A DNA stretch of 56,926 nt from Catajapyx aquilonaris (GCA_000934665.2 JYFJ02002481.1:1-56926), one strand, 5' to 3'; positions 12,657-25,383 are shown, counted from the stretch's first letter. Translations and numbers: made by a program. Notes: generated from the letters alone by a model not told the origin.

Positions 12657-13218
12657 CAGGGTGTTTATTGTAACTCTGCAAAGACTTTCAGGGGTAATAG
12701 AGGGGACCAAGTCAAGTATTTTTGACATAGGAACCCGTGTCCGGAAACGCCATCTAGAGGGGGTTCATAGACAAGGAACGGGTGCGCTCAGACGCGACAC
12801 GAGAGAGGCGCTAGTCGAGCGTACTGTTTTGTTGATAGATGGCGCTCGGATAGTAACCAACGATGCGATGTGCCATAACGTGGCAACAGCAGAGCCATCT
12901 AGAAACTAAAGTCCGCCTCCTAGGAGACGCGCGGATAGTCAACAGCGGTTCTGAGGTTGCCAAGTTATGGCGTATCGCGTTGTTGTTTACTTACAACGAC
13001 GCGATACGCCATAACCTGGCAACAACTGCGCGCCATCTATCAACAAAACAGTACGCTCGACTAGCGCCTCTCTCGTGTCGCGTCTGAGCGCACCCGTTCC
13101 TTGTCTATGAACCCCCTCTAGATGGCGTTTCCGGACACGGGTTCCTATGTCACAAATACTTGTCTTGGTCCCCTCTATCACCCCTGAAAGTCTTTGCAGA
13201 GTTACAATAAACACCCTG
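12657..13218. mobile_element. Long-TIR Tc1/mariner-type MITE inside a (TA)n tract
   Basis: Near-perfect arms of about 190 bp starting CAGGGTGTTTATTGTAACTC, TA flanks, followed by (TA)n to about 13300. Confidence 0.9.
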
Positions 13219-13304
<86 letters not shown>

Positions 13305-13358
13305 TACAACTGAAAATTCCCTCACCTTAAAAGTTGACAGGATGAAATGCTTCATATT

Positions 13359-13710
13359 TTTATTTATTTTATTTATTTATTTATTGTACCCCATGATGAT
13401 GGGTTCTATTGGGGGTGGGGGTACACCGCCATTTTTCCTCAATTTTCCAAGTTAACTTCACTTCGTTGCAGGGAATCAAGGAGATTGGGTAAGGATAGGG
13501 ATTTTTGGGGAGGGGACATGGGTGTAGGTGCAATGTCTCAAGTTTGGGCCATGTGCGGTCCCCCAGGAGGTTAGGTTGCCAGACACCTCCAAGGTGCGGG
13601 TCAGAGACTCTCCCGACGCAAGTGAAAGGGAACTCCCAGGCGGGGATCGAACCTGGGACATTTCACTCAGCAAGCCGAGACGTTACCATCTCTGCCACCA
13701 CGCCTCCCCC
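13359..13710 (-). mobile_element. tRNA-derived SINE, family A
   Basis: A/B boxes TGGCAGAGATGG and GGTTCGATCCC, body GGCAACCTAACCTCCTGGGG, TSD GAAATGCTT. Confidence 0.9.
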
Positions 13711-14038
13711 GAAATGCTTTATATTGAAACTTTAAAGATTACGGTATCTCTTACCTTGCTACAGAGTGATTACTGCCACAGCAGTGGACAGTAGGATATT
13801 ATGTTTTAGCAGAGGTGCCTTGCATGATCTTTAGGTCTCTGTCTAGCCCTGCCTTGTCTCCCCGCATTTTTTTGTCGATCTTGAAACCCACACCAGCATC
13901 CCAACTCAATCTCACAGACATTTTTGTCCTGCTGACCTGACCAAAGAAGGTATTCTGTCTAACCTAGGTTCATCTGGAAGATCTGAAGGTTGTGCGCTAT
14001 TTTTTTGGGACTCTACACAAATGATACCTTGACTTGTA

Positions 14039-14200
14039 CAGTGTTGGTCATATATCGAGGCAACCACCAGCGACATTTTTCCAAAGCAGCAGAAGAAGGA
14101 ATCGAAGATAAGCATACTACAAGCCGGGCGAACAAGATTCCTTCTTCTGCTGCTTCGGAAAAATGTCGCTGGCGGTTGCCTCGATATATGACCAACACTA
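14039..14200. mobile_element. 160 bp palindromic MITE (family P)
   Basis: Arms of about 65 bp (...ATCGAGGCA...GCAGAAGAAGGAATC), TA flanks. Other copies at 20955, 21955 and 55449. Confidence 0.9.
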
Positions 14201-14411
14201 TACTGCCAGTGCAAATTATGGTCATGATGGCTGTCCATTTTCTGCCTTGGAGGAGAGATAGGGAGGAAGAGGGGTGGGGGGAGACAGTAGCTGGTCAAAT
14301 GAGCCTAATGGGCATTCCTAAAGAGTGGATGGTGATAAAAGCTGACCTTCAGGCAGTTTCCTCCCTTCCAGGCATAAATGGACTCATCCAGTAGATATAC
14401 TTTTTAAATTG

Positions 14412-14923
14412 AGGGAGGAGGCACGGTGGCCGAGATGGTAACGTCTCGGCTTGCTATGTGAAAGGTCCCGGGTTCAATCCCCACCTGGAAGCAAACCTTT
14501 CGCTTGCGTCAATGGGTCGTGACCTGCGCCTAAGGAGGCGTCTTGGCAACCTGACCTCCTGGGGGACTGCACCTGGCCCACCACTGGACAATGCACCTGC
14601 ACATGTGTCCCCTCCCCAAATCCCCAACCCTTACCCCATTTCCTAGTACTCCTTGCACCGGTGATCGAAGTAAATACAATTTATTAGAAAACTGTATGGT
14701 GGTCTGCCACCCCCCTATAAAGACCAAGTAGTTGTATCACGGGGTAAATAAAATATAAAATACAAAATATAAAAAATAAAATATAAAATACAAAATATAA
14801 AAAATAAAATATAAAGTACAAAATATAAAAAATAAAATATAAAATATAAAAAATAAAATATAAAATACAAAATATAAAAAATAAAATATAAAATACAAAA
14901 TATAAAAAATAAAATATAAAAAG
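14412..14923 (+). mobile_element. SINE family A with an expanded (AAAATAY/AAAAAAT)n tail
   Basis: Same head and body as the other copies; heptamer tail 14747-14920; TSD TACTTTTTAAATTG. Confidence 0.9.
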
Positions 14924-14969
14924 TACTTTTTAAATTGTTGCAACTTGTGATCTCACCTGGGCCTCATAT

Positions 14970-15190
14970 CACTTGATGGGTGTGGTGGAAAACGGTGATA
15001 ACCCACAAAAGTGCAATTTTTCAGGGGAGCGAATTGAAGTCTGCATTCTCTTAACAAATCACAGGGAATGCAATGCTATCTAGTCCATGTTGCTGTCTCG
15101 TGCATGATACGTGAACTTGGAGTATACAAACTGTTTGTCATGTCTTTTACATAGTTGTTAGGTGTTTAGGTCAAAACTGACAAAAATGAG
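14970..15190. repeat. Dispersed repeat, inverted copy at about 36210-36430
   Basis: CATGATAC(G/A)TGAACTTGGAGTATAC(C)AAACTGTTTGTCATGTCTT is shared in opposite orientation. Confidence 0.75.
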
Positions 15191-15902
15191 GGCCACCACA
15201 AGCCTCACTTGTTGACCCGTAGCTTCTCACATTTACTGCCAAATATTAGGGAGAATCAAATAAGACTCTTTCGTGGTGTCTGGAGAGGATGCTGCTGAAC
15301 ACAGAGACTTGAAACTTCTACCACAGCAAGATAGTACCAATACCTTCTAAGTGCATAGGTAAGAGTCTGTGCACGCCACTGCAGCCAATCCAAGATGGCG
15401 TGCGTCCTGTTGAGCGTGCCTGAGCGATATGAGTGCATTGTTCTTCAATATCTGAATATCTTGCAGTACTCCAGGTGGTAATGGAGTTATGGACAATGTA
15501 AATACTGTACAGTACCATAACTAAAGCTGACCATTGCATCCAAGTAAGATATATTCACCCACGATCATCCCTCAGCTGGTCTACACATGCAATGATGGCA
15601 GGTGTGATTGCTGGCCGAGCCTCGCCTCATCAGGTAAGGTCTGCCTAGGATTGTCTGCCATCTCAGAATCGCTGGCACCATTCCACGACAGTTATCTTAG
15701 CCATGCAGCTGGCACTGTACAAAGCATCATCCAATGGATTTCCGTGGTTCTATAGCGCTTGGCCATCAGAAATTGAAAAACAATGCGCTCATATTGCTCA
15801 GGCACGGTTGACAGGGTGCACATCATCTTGGATTGGCTGTGGTGGTGTGCGCGGTATGCACGTGCAGACTCTTACTTATGCATTTAGAAAGTATTGGTAC
15901 TA

Positions 15903-17262
15903 CAGTGAAACCTGAGTATAGCGGAAACCTATCCATTGCGGAATTTTATCTATGAACATGCGTACGCATAGGCCATAGGGCATGCAATATATTTTTTTAT
16001 GGATATTATGAAACCTGCCCAATGTGGAAACGGAAGGGATTTTGGTCTTCCTTCAGAGAAAATCTTTGTTCATACTGGAAATCAAAAGGTTCAAAGTATC
16101 TCTTGCTAGTCACAAAAATGACACTACAGCCGGGTTCACTCTCAGTCGCTCTCGGCCCTCCCAGGAGGCCTGACACCATACTGTGTCTCATAATTGCTGG
16201 AATTGCTCTCAGCCCATGGCCTTGGAAGATATTGAGGAAAGGGGGACTATTTTTGGTTGGAAAACGGCTTTTTGGGGGGCAAAGAAGTTGTGACTCATGT
16301 GATTCATAAGTGCCCTGCCTTCAAGTTGTTGTTGTTGTTGTTGTTTTTACCCAGTGATAGAGCAGTGCTCTCTCAGGGGGGTGGATTACCACCATTTGAA
16401 TCGATTTTTCTTCTTTTCTTTAAACTCCATGCAAGGACTTTAAGGGTGTAGGGTAAGAATGGGGATTTTTGGGGAGGGGACACTGGTGCAAGTGCAATGT
16501 CTGAAAAGTTTCATGTGAAGTCCCCCAGGAGGTTAGGTTGCCAAGACGCCTCCTAAGGCGCGGGTCAGAGACCCACTGGCGCAGGTGAAAGGGAAATCCC
16601 GGGCGGGGATCGAACCCGGGACCTTCCTCACAGCCAGCCGAGACATTACCATCTCGGCCACCACGCCTTTTCTCTCTCTCTCCCNNNNNCCCCCCCGCCT
16701 TCAAGTTTAGTTCACTGGTCAGTCCAGTTTTAAAATGTCGGGGAAGAAGAAGGGTTTGACACAGGCTCAACGTATTCCCTGTGTCCTGGCGGATGGTCCA
16801 ATAGAGCATGCAAAATGGATTGCCCAAAAACTTGGTGCAGTAAAATTTAGCGCTTCAAATGGGTGGCTGGGAAGTTTTCGCAACAGGCACAGAATTTTGG
16901 GGAAAACTGTGTGGTGATGCAAGTGTTGTAAATCTCGAAGAAGTAGAAAATTGGAAGGAGAAGGTGGGATGTGTTTGTTCAGTGTATTCCAAAGAGATTA
17001 TTTTCAACTGCAACGAAACTGCCCCCCTTTTTTTAGATGTGCTGTGCGCCAGGCAAAACAGACTATTCCGCAAAAATGTTCCTGTATGGACTGATTTTGC
17101 ACCATATTGAGGTAAGGTGCTTATTTTTGCTCTCCCCATTTGCCTCTCCTTCTCACTGACAAAAAATATCAGTAACGTCCTTGATCTGAATGTATAGTGG
17201 AAACCTCCATTACGAAATAATTTTAGGGTCCCGTGCGATTCCGTAATACACAGGTTTCACTC
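15903..17262 (+). mobile_element. Tigger/pogo DNA transposon remnant inserted in the mariner foldback arm
   Basis: TIR CAGTGAAACCTG / CAGGTTTCACT. 16800-17030 encodes frameshifted FSASNGWLGSFRNRH, CGDASVVN..VENWKEK and IFNCNET (CENP-B HTH and DDE start). Confidence 0.85.
16325..16668 (-). mobile_element. SINE family A nested in the Tigger remnant
   Basis: Head and body as the other copies; (AAC)n tail. Confidence 0.9.
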
Positions 17263-18181
17263 TTTCTTTCTGTGGTAGAAGTTTCAAGTCTCTGCGTTCA
17301 GCAGTATCCTTTCCTGACACCACGAACGAGTTTCATTATTTTGATTCGCCCTCGTATTTTTAGACCCCATCAGCCAAGCCAACTTATGACAATGAGGGAG
17401 GCAAGCTATTTTTTCCTCTCCCTCCACCACCCTATCATCATTATCGTGGATTAAGGTCCATTCAAAATCAGGACATGTCTGCCATCCGGACACAGGGGCT
17501 TACCATTGACGAGATGGAGGTTGGGGCTTCACACCCCCATTACCTCTTTGAGAAAAAATTATCTGCTATGAAGACTATTGATGTCAAAATGCTGGCAGGA
17601 TAATTCCAATTTTCTGGGACATATGGCAGCTGTACTGAAGGCATCTAATCAGTCATGGTCAGCAGCACACTGAGATGTTTCAGTGTTTTTTGTGAATATT
17701 CAACAATGTCTTAAATAATATTATAGGAAATAATTTGTCTCGTATGTCTAAATTTTTTCCAAGCCATATTTGGGGATAGCTGCATGCCATTTTTACTGTT
17801 ACATATCCTCCTGAGACCCAAGAAGAATTATTGTGTAATGCAATGTCAGTTCCTATTGCATTTTCTGAATATTTTCCCAATAAGAAACGAGAAAAAAATT
17901 ATAGTTCTAAAATATTGACAAAAATAATGACAAACAACCAATGAGAACATTAGGACCCAATTTCTGCTACAAAAGCAGAACGGATCAAAGCTGAAAATTT
18001 AAATACCACTTAATGGATCACTAACATAGTGGTCTAACCTCCAAACAATGTGTTTTAAATTCATTTGTGGAATTCGTGGCAGCAATTTGTCTCAGAAGAC
18101 AATGAAAGATAAACTGCAATTATTTTTGAATGCCACCACTCCAGGCATGGGGCTTTCAGTTTGTCATTCCCTCACCTTGAA

Positions 18182-18375
18182 CCCCTGCGAGCATAAAGAT
18201 GGAGACGGCAGGCCCTTTTTTGACCTTTCTTTATCCGACTCAAATTAATGAACTCTTTTTGGATGGGGTTTGCTGCTTCAGGCATGTGTTCGTGTATTTA
18301 TGACAGTACATTTGATACCGTAATTGCTGAGATTGACAGAGCAGCCTGCCGTCTCCATCTTTATGCTCGCGGGTG
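18182..18375. mobile_element. MITE
   Basis: Perfect inverted GCGAGCATAAAGATGGAGACGGCAGGC. Confidence 0.75.
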
Positions 18376-18629
18376 TATATGATGGAATGATGTAATTACT
18401 AGCTGCACCTCCAACCAGCAATGCTAGTATGTGTGTGGGTATCCATAGTTGTAAGGATAGATGTCAAAGGTCAGTATCTCCAAAATAGATCATTGCATTG
18501 TCAGCCTTTAGGACACATGCCATGCCACAATCATACCACCCCCTAACATCCATATCATTTTGGCAGATTAAATTAACATCCACCCTGCATTTTGTGACCT
18601 ATGGCATTGAAATATATAATATGCATAGT

Positions 18630-18980
18630 TTATTTTTTTTCTGTTACCCCGTGATAACCCGATTAAGGTTTATAGGGGAGTGGATTACCACCATATAGAA
18701 TCCTTTTTTTCTCACTTTTTCTTCAATCACCGTTCAAGGAATAATTAGGGATGCAGGGTAGGGATAGGGATTGTTGGGGAGTGGACACTTGTGCAGGTGC
18801 AATGTCCTAGCCTTTGGGCCATGTGCAGTCCCCCAGGAGGTTAGGTTGCCAGACACCTCCTTGGTGCAGGTCAGAGACCCTCCCAACGCAGGCGAAAGGT
18901 GGCTCCCAGGCGGGGATCGAACCTGGGACCTTTCACTCAGCAAGCTGAGATGTTACCATCTCGGCCACCACACCTCCCCC
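18630..18980 (-). mobile_element. SINE family A
   Basis: tRNA-like head, conserved body, TATCACGGGGTA tail, TSD-like ATATGCATA. Confidence 0.9.
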
Positions 18981-18994
18981 ATATCATATGCATA

Positions 18995-19489
18995 ATATCG
19001 TCGTCGGCAATGCAAAACCTCGTATCTCACGATAATGTCATTTTACAGGACAAGGAAAAACATGTTCGTGCAAAACCTCGCAAAATTTCTGCTTACACGG
19101 CCTTGCAAAACCTCCTATAGATTAACTTTTCTTTGTGGGTTGATTGCATCATTATTGTTTGACAATACTTAATCCTGTCGTCATGAAGAGGTGCAGTACC
19201 TCATGGGCATAAGTGTAGGTATGGTAACTGCCTTACTTAAGCCTGCGTGATCACAAACAGGAATGGCCGCCATTTTGGCTGGTGAAAGAAATACGAGGTC
19301 TTGCCGCCGATCTCGGTTAGCTGTTGGTGACGTGGTTTTGCCACGTGACCTAAACACCCACTTTCATTGGTCCGAAAAATACGAGCTTTTTCAGGTCGAC
19401 GCGGACAATTTTTCGGCACACAACTACATGAGTAACTCTATTTCGGCCAAATTGCGAGTTACGAGGTTTTGCATTGCCGACGACGATAT
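18995..19489. mobile_element. MITE
   Basis: TIR ATATCGTCGTCGGCAATGCAAAACCTCGTA, with an internally repeated TGCAAAACCTC. Confidence 0.8.
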
Positions 19490-19522
19490 GTAAATGTATA
19501 AAAAATAATACATACACAGAAT

Positions 19523-19779
19523 ATATGAAGACCTCGGGGGAAGAACAATCAAGTTGCACCTCAGGTGGAACAGAGATAATTTTATTTTAAATTTTCAAGG
19601 CCCATAAGGTTCCATTGTAAATCTCACTTTCGGGGCCTTCCATAGTGACCTAGGATCATTACTTCACAACCATGACCAAACTATCATATTCTACGCTAGT
19701 GAAAGTATCTTCTGAGATATGTAACTCATTTTTGACGAACAAGTGGACCTTGATCGTTCTTCCCGCGAGGTCTTCATAT
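19523..19779. mobile_element. MITE
   Basis: TIR ATATGAAGACCTCG(G/C)GGGAAGAAC(A/G)ATCAAG. Confidence 0.7.
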
Positions 19780-20090
19780 GTGTTTAATTACATCTCGATT
19801 TTAAAAGTCATTCCCCCACCTCGGCCAATTTTTTAGTTGCATGCGCACAAATAATGCCCAAGGTCACGGGCTGGGACAATATTTTTTTCTTCCTTAGAGA
19901 GGGCATGTCCTTCTTAGAAAAAATTACCACCACGATTTCACAACTTTCAATATATTAATTTTATTTACCTCAGTTTGGCCTATTTCGTGAGAATAACCCA
20001 TATATTGTATATCTCAATGTAACAGTGTAATTCAAAATTGTCTGTTCCATCATATGGAAATTGTAGTTTAATGCATATCATTTTCAACAG

Positions 20091-20241
20091 GTTGCAGCAG
20101 TTTGTGGTGCTTCTTCATCTATGCAGCTTGCGGATATGGCTTGGAGCGGATGTACTGGACTTGGTTGCGGAACAAGGTGGCTTTACCAATCCGAGCTGTA
20201 ATATACCTTGCATGGCTGTATACATGTGAATTTGTCTCAGG
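20091..20241 (+). CDS. TMEM229B: TMEM229-family transmembrane protein, penultimate exon
   Basis: Translates GCSSLWCFFIYAACGYGLERMYWTWLRNKVALPIRAVIYLAWLYTCEFVSG, matching TMEM229B G.TSVWALFIYG..ERMY..LRCLIY..W.Y.WEF..G. TTCAACAG acceptor and GTGAGT donor. Confidence 0.85.
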
Positions 20242-20305
20242 GTGAGTCTGCTAACAGTTATAGAAGAAAGATTTGTTTATTTAAATTGCCTCTTTTCTCT
20301 TGCAG

Positions 20306-20486
20306 TTTCATACTACAACAATTCAATGCATGTATGTGGAATTACACTGAGTACACCTACTTCCATGTCATGGGTTTGATAGCCTTTGACTATGCCCCCC
20401 TGTGGATTATAGCCATCTTGCTCACTGAAAGATACCTTTTAGAACAATTGCCGAGAATTCAATGGACAGCTAAGAAAAATAAATGA
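20306..20486 (+). CDS. TMEM229B: TMEM229-family transmembrane protein, last exon
   Basis: FILQQFNACMWNYT...MGLIAFDYAPLW, compared with TMEM229B FILRQFNACPWDYS...MGLITLEYAVPW. 64 bp intron in phase; TGA at 20484-20486; AATAAA at 20613. Confidence 0.88.
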
Positions 20487-20678
20487 AATGGTAGAATAGT
20501 GTAAGAAATGGTTTGCTTTGTGTAGCCCTAAGGCCATGGTGTAGCCGATCTTGTTCCAATTTTTTAAACCATCCCATACATTCTGTACTCAGTACTGCAT
20601 TTGAGCTGTAGAAATAAAATACTGTACTTATTGCATTACATCTGACAAAATGGAACTTGTCTGAACCGTAGTCACTGA

Positions 20679-20923
20679 CAGGGGTGTTGCAAATTTTTTT
20701 GTCAGGGCACACTCAAGTAGTGCAAAGGCTTACTAAACAGTGTTCTTCCTCCTTTGGGTCAACCTAAATTATGGTTACCTGCAGTGTTTATACACTTTAT
20801 GTTATATACACACAACATACACAAAATTTTATTTTGCGGAACCTTGGGCACCTATCTTTTTCTCTGCTGGGTGTACGCTGTACAGTGCAGTACACCCACA
20901 TACCCCTTCTGCAACACCCCTTG
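20679..20923. mobile_element. MITE with CA(A)GGGGTGTTGCA TIR
   Basis: Inverted ends; flanks AC-TGA and TTA-CT resemble the ACTNAGT-targeting group. Confidence 0.55.
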
Positions 20924-20954
20924 TTACTGATATGCCAAATTGATAGGCATGGTA

Positions 20955-21127
20955 CAGTGTTGGACATTAATCGAGGCATTCGAGGCACTGGTGGCTAGCA
21001 ACATTTTCCGAAGCGGCAGAAGAAGGAATCGAAGATAAGGATACTGCAAGCCGGGCGAGGAAGATTCCTTCTTCTGCCGCTTCGGAAAATGTCGCTAGCA
21101 GTATGCCTCGATTTATGTTCAACACTG
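20955..21127. mobile_element. Palindromic MITE family P
   Basis: Same core as 14039; TA flanks. Confidence 0.9.
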
Positions 21128-21231
21128 TACATAGAAAATATTGAACTATTTCAGGTCACATAATTGCACACCAGATGTTTTATTCCATATAGGTGAGGCA
21201 TTGATTCTGTGTAAAAATGAAAATGTTGATA

Positions 21232-22398
21232 CGAGGTGCTACCCAAAATTTCCGAGAATTTGGATATACCGTGCAAACCAGTAGAGGTACGAACTTGTGA
21301 CTCTAGGGGGCGCTAGGTGCACCTTTCAGCTATTAGTCTGAAATATATCGTCTTCATAGGTGCATATGTTTCCGAGCTTCGGCAGTTTGCTTGACACCGT
21401 GTTCTTGTGTTTCTGCGATTTTTCGAAATGGCTGATGTTAGGGAGCAAAGGATATGTATTAAATTTTGCTTAAAGCTCAACAAAACATTGGCTGCAACCC
21501 ACCAAATGCTGAACAAGGCTTTTAATGAGCAAGCTGTAAGACAAGCAATAACATATGAATGGTTTAACCGCTTCAAAGGTGGCGTGCCAAGTTCACAGCA
21601 AAATCAACTCAATACTCTTCATTTTCTTTGACATTTACGTAGTTTCTTCCACTTTGTAAAATTGTCAACAGGAAGTCTTACTGTGATGGTTTAAGACTAT
21701 TCAGGCTCAAATTGCCGGAGATGTGGAAGAACAGATACTGGTTGCTGCACCATGACAATGCACCTGCACACACCTCATGCGGAGTCAGAGACTTCCTGAC
21801 AAAAAAACAACATGACCACTGTCCCCCACCCTGCATATTCATTTGTCCTGGCCAAATGTGATTTCTATTTATTCCCTCAAATGAAATGGGTTGAAAAGGA
21901 GACATTTTTGGTGGAATTTTTGTCGTACTACTAGTTACTTCTAACTTAGCATTACAGTATGGTCATATATCGAGGCAACTGCCAGCGACATTTTCTGAAG
22001 CGGCAGAAGAAGGAATCGAAGATAAGCATACTTACAAGCCAGGCGAGCAAGATTCCTTCTTCTGCCGCTTCGGAAAATGTCCCTGGCGGTTGCCTCGATA
22101 TATGACCAATACTGTACCAGTGTAGTGCAATGGTACTGCTAAGTTAGCAGTAACTAGTAGTACGACGAAAATTCCACCCTTACACTCCACTAAAGAGATC
22201 TAAGGTAAATCACAGCAGGTGCTGAACATGTTACAGTTGGCGAATTCTTTTTGGTGCTTTGAAAAATGGGAAATTCGCTAGGATCGTTGTATAGGAGCCC
22301 AAGGTGACTACTTTGAAGGTGTCAGTGGAAATTAGGACTTAAAAGTAAATATTAATGTTTTTATGAGCAAATTCTGAGAAATTTTGGATAGCACCTTG
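21232..22398 (+). mobile_element. Internally deleted mariner element
   Basis: TA flanks and 30 bp TIR. Remnants EQRICIKFC..YEWFNRFKGG, WLLHHDNAPAHTS and CDFYLFP. Confidence 0.9.
21910..22178. mobile_element. TIR element nested in the mariner, itself containing a family P MITE (21955-22114)
   Basis: Arms GGTGGAATTTT.GTCGTACTACTAGTTACT.CTAACTTAGCA. Confidence 0.8.
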
Positions 22399-24091
22399 TA
22401 TAGTGACTTACATTGTGTATGGTTTCCTGCTGCAATCAGGTGTGCTGAACCCATTTTTTGTGAGAAGAGGATTTCAGGTGCCATTTGTTGACTTTGATGC
22501 CTCTTCCATGAAAATTGTGGTTTTATTAAGTTCCATGTTTGAGTTGGTCATGGAATTTTATTCATTAGTACATGATGATAATGATAAAATGTGGTATTGG
22601 CATAATGGGCAGATCAGGATCCATAAGGAAATGCAAGGCCACTTCAGCTTCTTCGTGGAACCTTTTTGGTAGGATATGTATGTGGGTAAGGGGACAACAA
22701 TGGGTCACTCTTATCATAACAAAAAACAATGCATAACTGCATCTGGTAAGGGCGATAAGACCATGCAAGTCAAAGGAAAACACATTCTCATCGCCAATGT
22801 GCTGATGTGTCTTTTCAGTAGGATGGCAGCACGTGGGCTTACAAACAGTACTTGGGAGTGCAGATAGTGAAAAGGGATGTTACTCACACAAATAAAAGAA
22901 TAATAAGGTACCTAAATGTCACTTCCAGGATCGTTTTCCTGAGACTGCTTCCATTTTCAGTGGAAACTTTTCATTATAATGTAAGGTTAAAAAAGCAACA
23001 CACTTATTTAATTTTTCTAGCAATGTTATGTGTTGTCCGATTTTTAGAGTTGCGTATTTTTCACTAAATGATATTTAATAAAATAAATGGCAACACTGCA
23101 CTGGTCATACAGGAGGCCCATTCATGTAGGGTCATACAATGAGGAACCATATGTGATTATGGACATTAATTTCATTAATTGAAGTTTTAATAATACAGCT
23201 AAACCTGGTGTGGTGATGTGGTGAAGTTCCATGGAAAACCTTTCTTACATTTTCACCTGTCATAATGGTAGCCTATGGTAGGTTTTCAACACTATAGGCG
23301 ACTATAGCCCAACTTTCGTTTTTCAATAATTTTTTGGACTTTCATCGCATTCCTATGACATTGGTTCTCCATCAGAAGTCCATTGATATGAGTATTGTTG
23401 AGCTAATTTTATCGCGCACGTGACTAAATCTGACATTGCTGTTTTGACGTAGCCTACTTTATATGAAACGTGCGAAACAATAAAGACAAGCGATTCGCTA
23501 CTAAGAACATTAGGTCGCAGTCTATGAAAGTAGCGGCTATAAATTAGCATATATGCTAGTTTTCACCCTGACTTAGCGATGGATCAAAGCGTTATTTTCT
23601 GATATCAGTGATAAACGTAATTGAGCTCCAAGATTGCTCACTTTTAAAAGACGATTTTTCCGGGCCGAAAACAGCGCAGCTAATATCCTACTAGCTAATT
23701 TTGAAATCGAGTTTTTCGGCGGGTTTTCTACTGCTCAAGTACTCACCTCTCTCACACATCAATATGACATATGAGTGGTGGCATTTCCATGGGAACTTGA
23801 AAAATATTGTTGAAGCTATATTGTGTTTATATTGATACTGTAGGTTTATATTGTTAAGTTGGTTATTGTTGAGGAGAGTAGGGAGAGGCATCGGAAATAT
23901 ACTTATTGTGGGAGTTAGGCTCATTTTCGGAAACTCAAACATGCGGCGTTAAATTCACTGAAAAATTACCCCCGATTTGCTAGTTAAAGACGATGTAGGG
24001 GCATTCCCCTGGATTTCTATAGCGAACAAACAATAACCCACCCACCTACAAACATACTCATCAGTATTTTATAAATATGTAGATTATAATA

Positions 24092-24448
24092 ATTTTATTT
24101 TTTTTACATTTACCCCGTGATAAGGCGGATCCTTTTTAGGGGGAGGGGGTGGAATATCACCATTTAATTCCATTTTTCTAGATTTCAACATCAGTCTCCG
24201 GTGCAAGGAGTCAAGGCTGTAGGGTAGGGGAAGGGATTTTTGGGGAGGGAACATTGGTGCAAGTGCAATGTCGGTAAAGGGGTCATGTGCTGTTCCCCAG
24301 GAGGTTAGGTTGCCAGACACCTCCAAGGTGCAGGTCATCAGAGACCCTCCTGACGCAGGTGAAAGGAAAGTTCCCCAGGCGGGGATCGAACCTGGGGCCT
24401 TTCACTCAGCAAGCCGAGACGTTACCATCTCGGCCACCACACCTCCCC
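24092..24448 (-). mobile_element. SINE family A
   Basis: Head, body and tail as above. Confidence 0.9.
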
Positions 24449-24675
24449 TATTATAATAAATGTCTAGAGGAGAGAGGGGGGGGATGAGAAATGGTTTAGA
24501 AAACCATTGCAAGTGTGCCATTTATCTAATTTACACATGAATATAACAATCCTAATTTTTGCCACAGTAATGAGATGTTACCGTATATGTTATGGGCCTT
24601 CCCCAAATATGTCATCCAATATAATAATCGACCACAACGGCGAGTAACATGTTTACTCTTACAGTCATGAGTCAT

Positions 24676-24865
24676 GTACTGCGCTTTTTAGGGGATCATC
24701 TTTTTAATTAACCGACTTAAATCTTTGCCTTTGCTGTGATGGATTTTAGTGGGAGGAAACGGGAGAACCCCGAGAAAACCCACGCGAACACGGAGAGAAC
24801 CCATCGAGATCCACCTAAGTATCTCCTGTCCGATCCGGGGATCGAACTCGAGACCTTAGAGGTCC
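24676..24865 (-). mobile_element. 5'-truncated SINE, family D
   Basis: Reverse complement of GCGTGGGTTTTCTCGGGGTTCTCCCGTTTCCTCCC and AAGATGATCCCCTAA. Confidence 0.8.
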
Positions 24866-25169
24866 TTACCCCACTTACCAACAACTCTTCACCGCAATAA
24901 GCCGAATATAGATCAATTCGTGAAGAATTGAGTTTATTTTGCAGGCTTTGTGACGAGTTGAAATAAAATCACGAGTAGAGTTAGGTGATTTAAGAATCAC
25001 CCTACAAGTAAAACGCGATTTGAAAATATCCGTGATTTTTAAGCGCGACGTGATTTGGCCCCATCGCCATGCCATCGCCTGCTGCTAGATGCAGAAAAGA
25101 TGGCAATCGAACAGGTCTTGTGACAATCTATGTTTGGCCGGCTCGACAGGAGTGAAGGTGACGGCAGCG

Positions 25170-25383
25170 ATGAGCATGTCTACGATGCCTGCCTTGGATC
25201 CGGTGATGAACTTCTTACAGGCGCGCTCAGGATACTCGCGCCTGCATCCACTGTACCTCCAGAGGCAGCTGCTGGAGGAGAGATTAGGAAGGGGCGACCA
25301 TCTACATCACACGAATCTGCTGGGACACTTTGGCTGTGTTAATGCCATAGATTTTTCTCCCTGTGGAAATCTGCTACTTTCAG
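25170..25383 (+). CDS. DCAF5: DDB1- and CUL4-associated factor 5 (WDR22), exon 1
   Basis: MSMSTMP..VMNFLQAR..LLGHFGCVNAIDFS..LLSG, compared with DCAF5 LLGHFGCVNAIEFS. GTATGG donor, phase 1. Exact ATG (25170, 25176 or 25185) is uncertain. Confidence 0.92.

Larger units (their letters stand above)
15247..17354. mobile_element. Mariner foldback made of two 5' ends, with a decayed HTH region in the loop
   Basis: Right TIR TACGAGGGCGAATCAAAATAA. Arm 15250-15460 mirrors 15760-15900 plus 17265-17354. The - strand loop reads EIH..CMAKITVVEWCQRF*DGRQS...DDR..SYGTV, i.e. mariner N-terminus. Confidence 0.7.

Noticed and set aside
12418..13455. Long ORFs (163, 122 and 102 aa) in the ORF track
   Set aside because: They derive from MITE arms and the (TA)n tract; mirror-image translations appear on both strands.
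13640..13710. tRNA genes at SINE heads (all families)
   Set aside because: A/B boxes are present, but they continue into SINE bodies with tails and TSDs and lack a proper acceptor stem.
15615..15640. CTGATGAG on the - strand, and a + strand exon-like segment 15576-15633 ending in GTAAGG
   Set aside because: It lies in decayed mariner coding sequence, has no hammerhead GAAA arm, and the peptide has no TMEM229 similarity.
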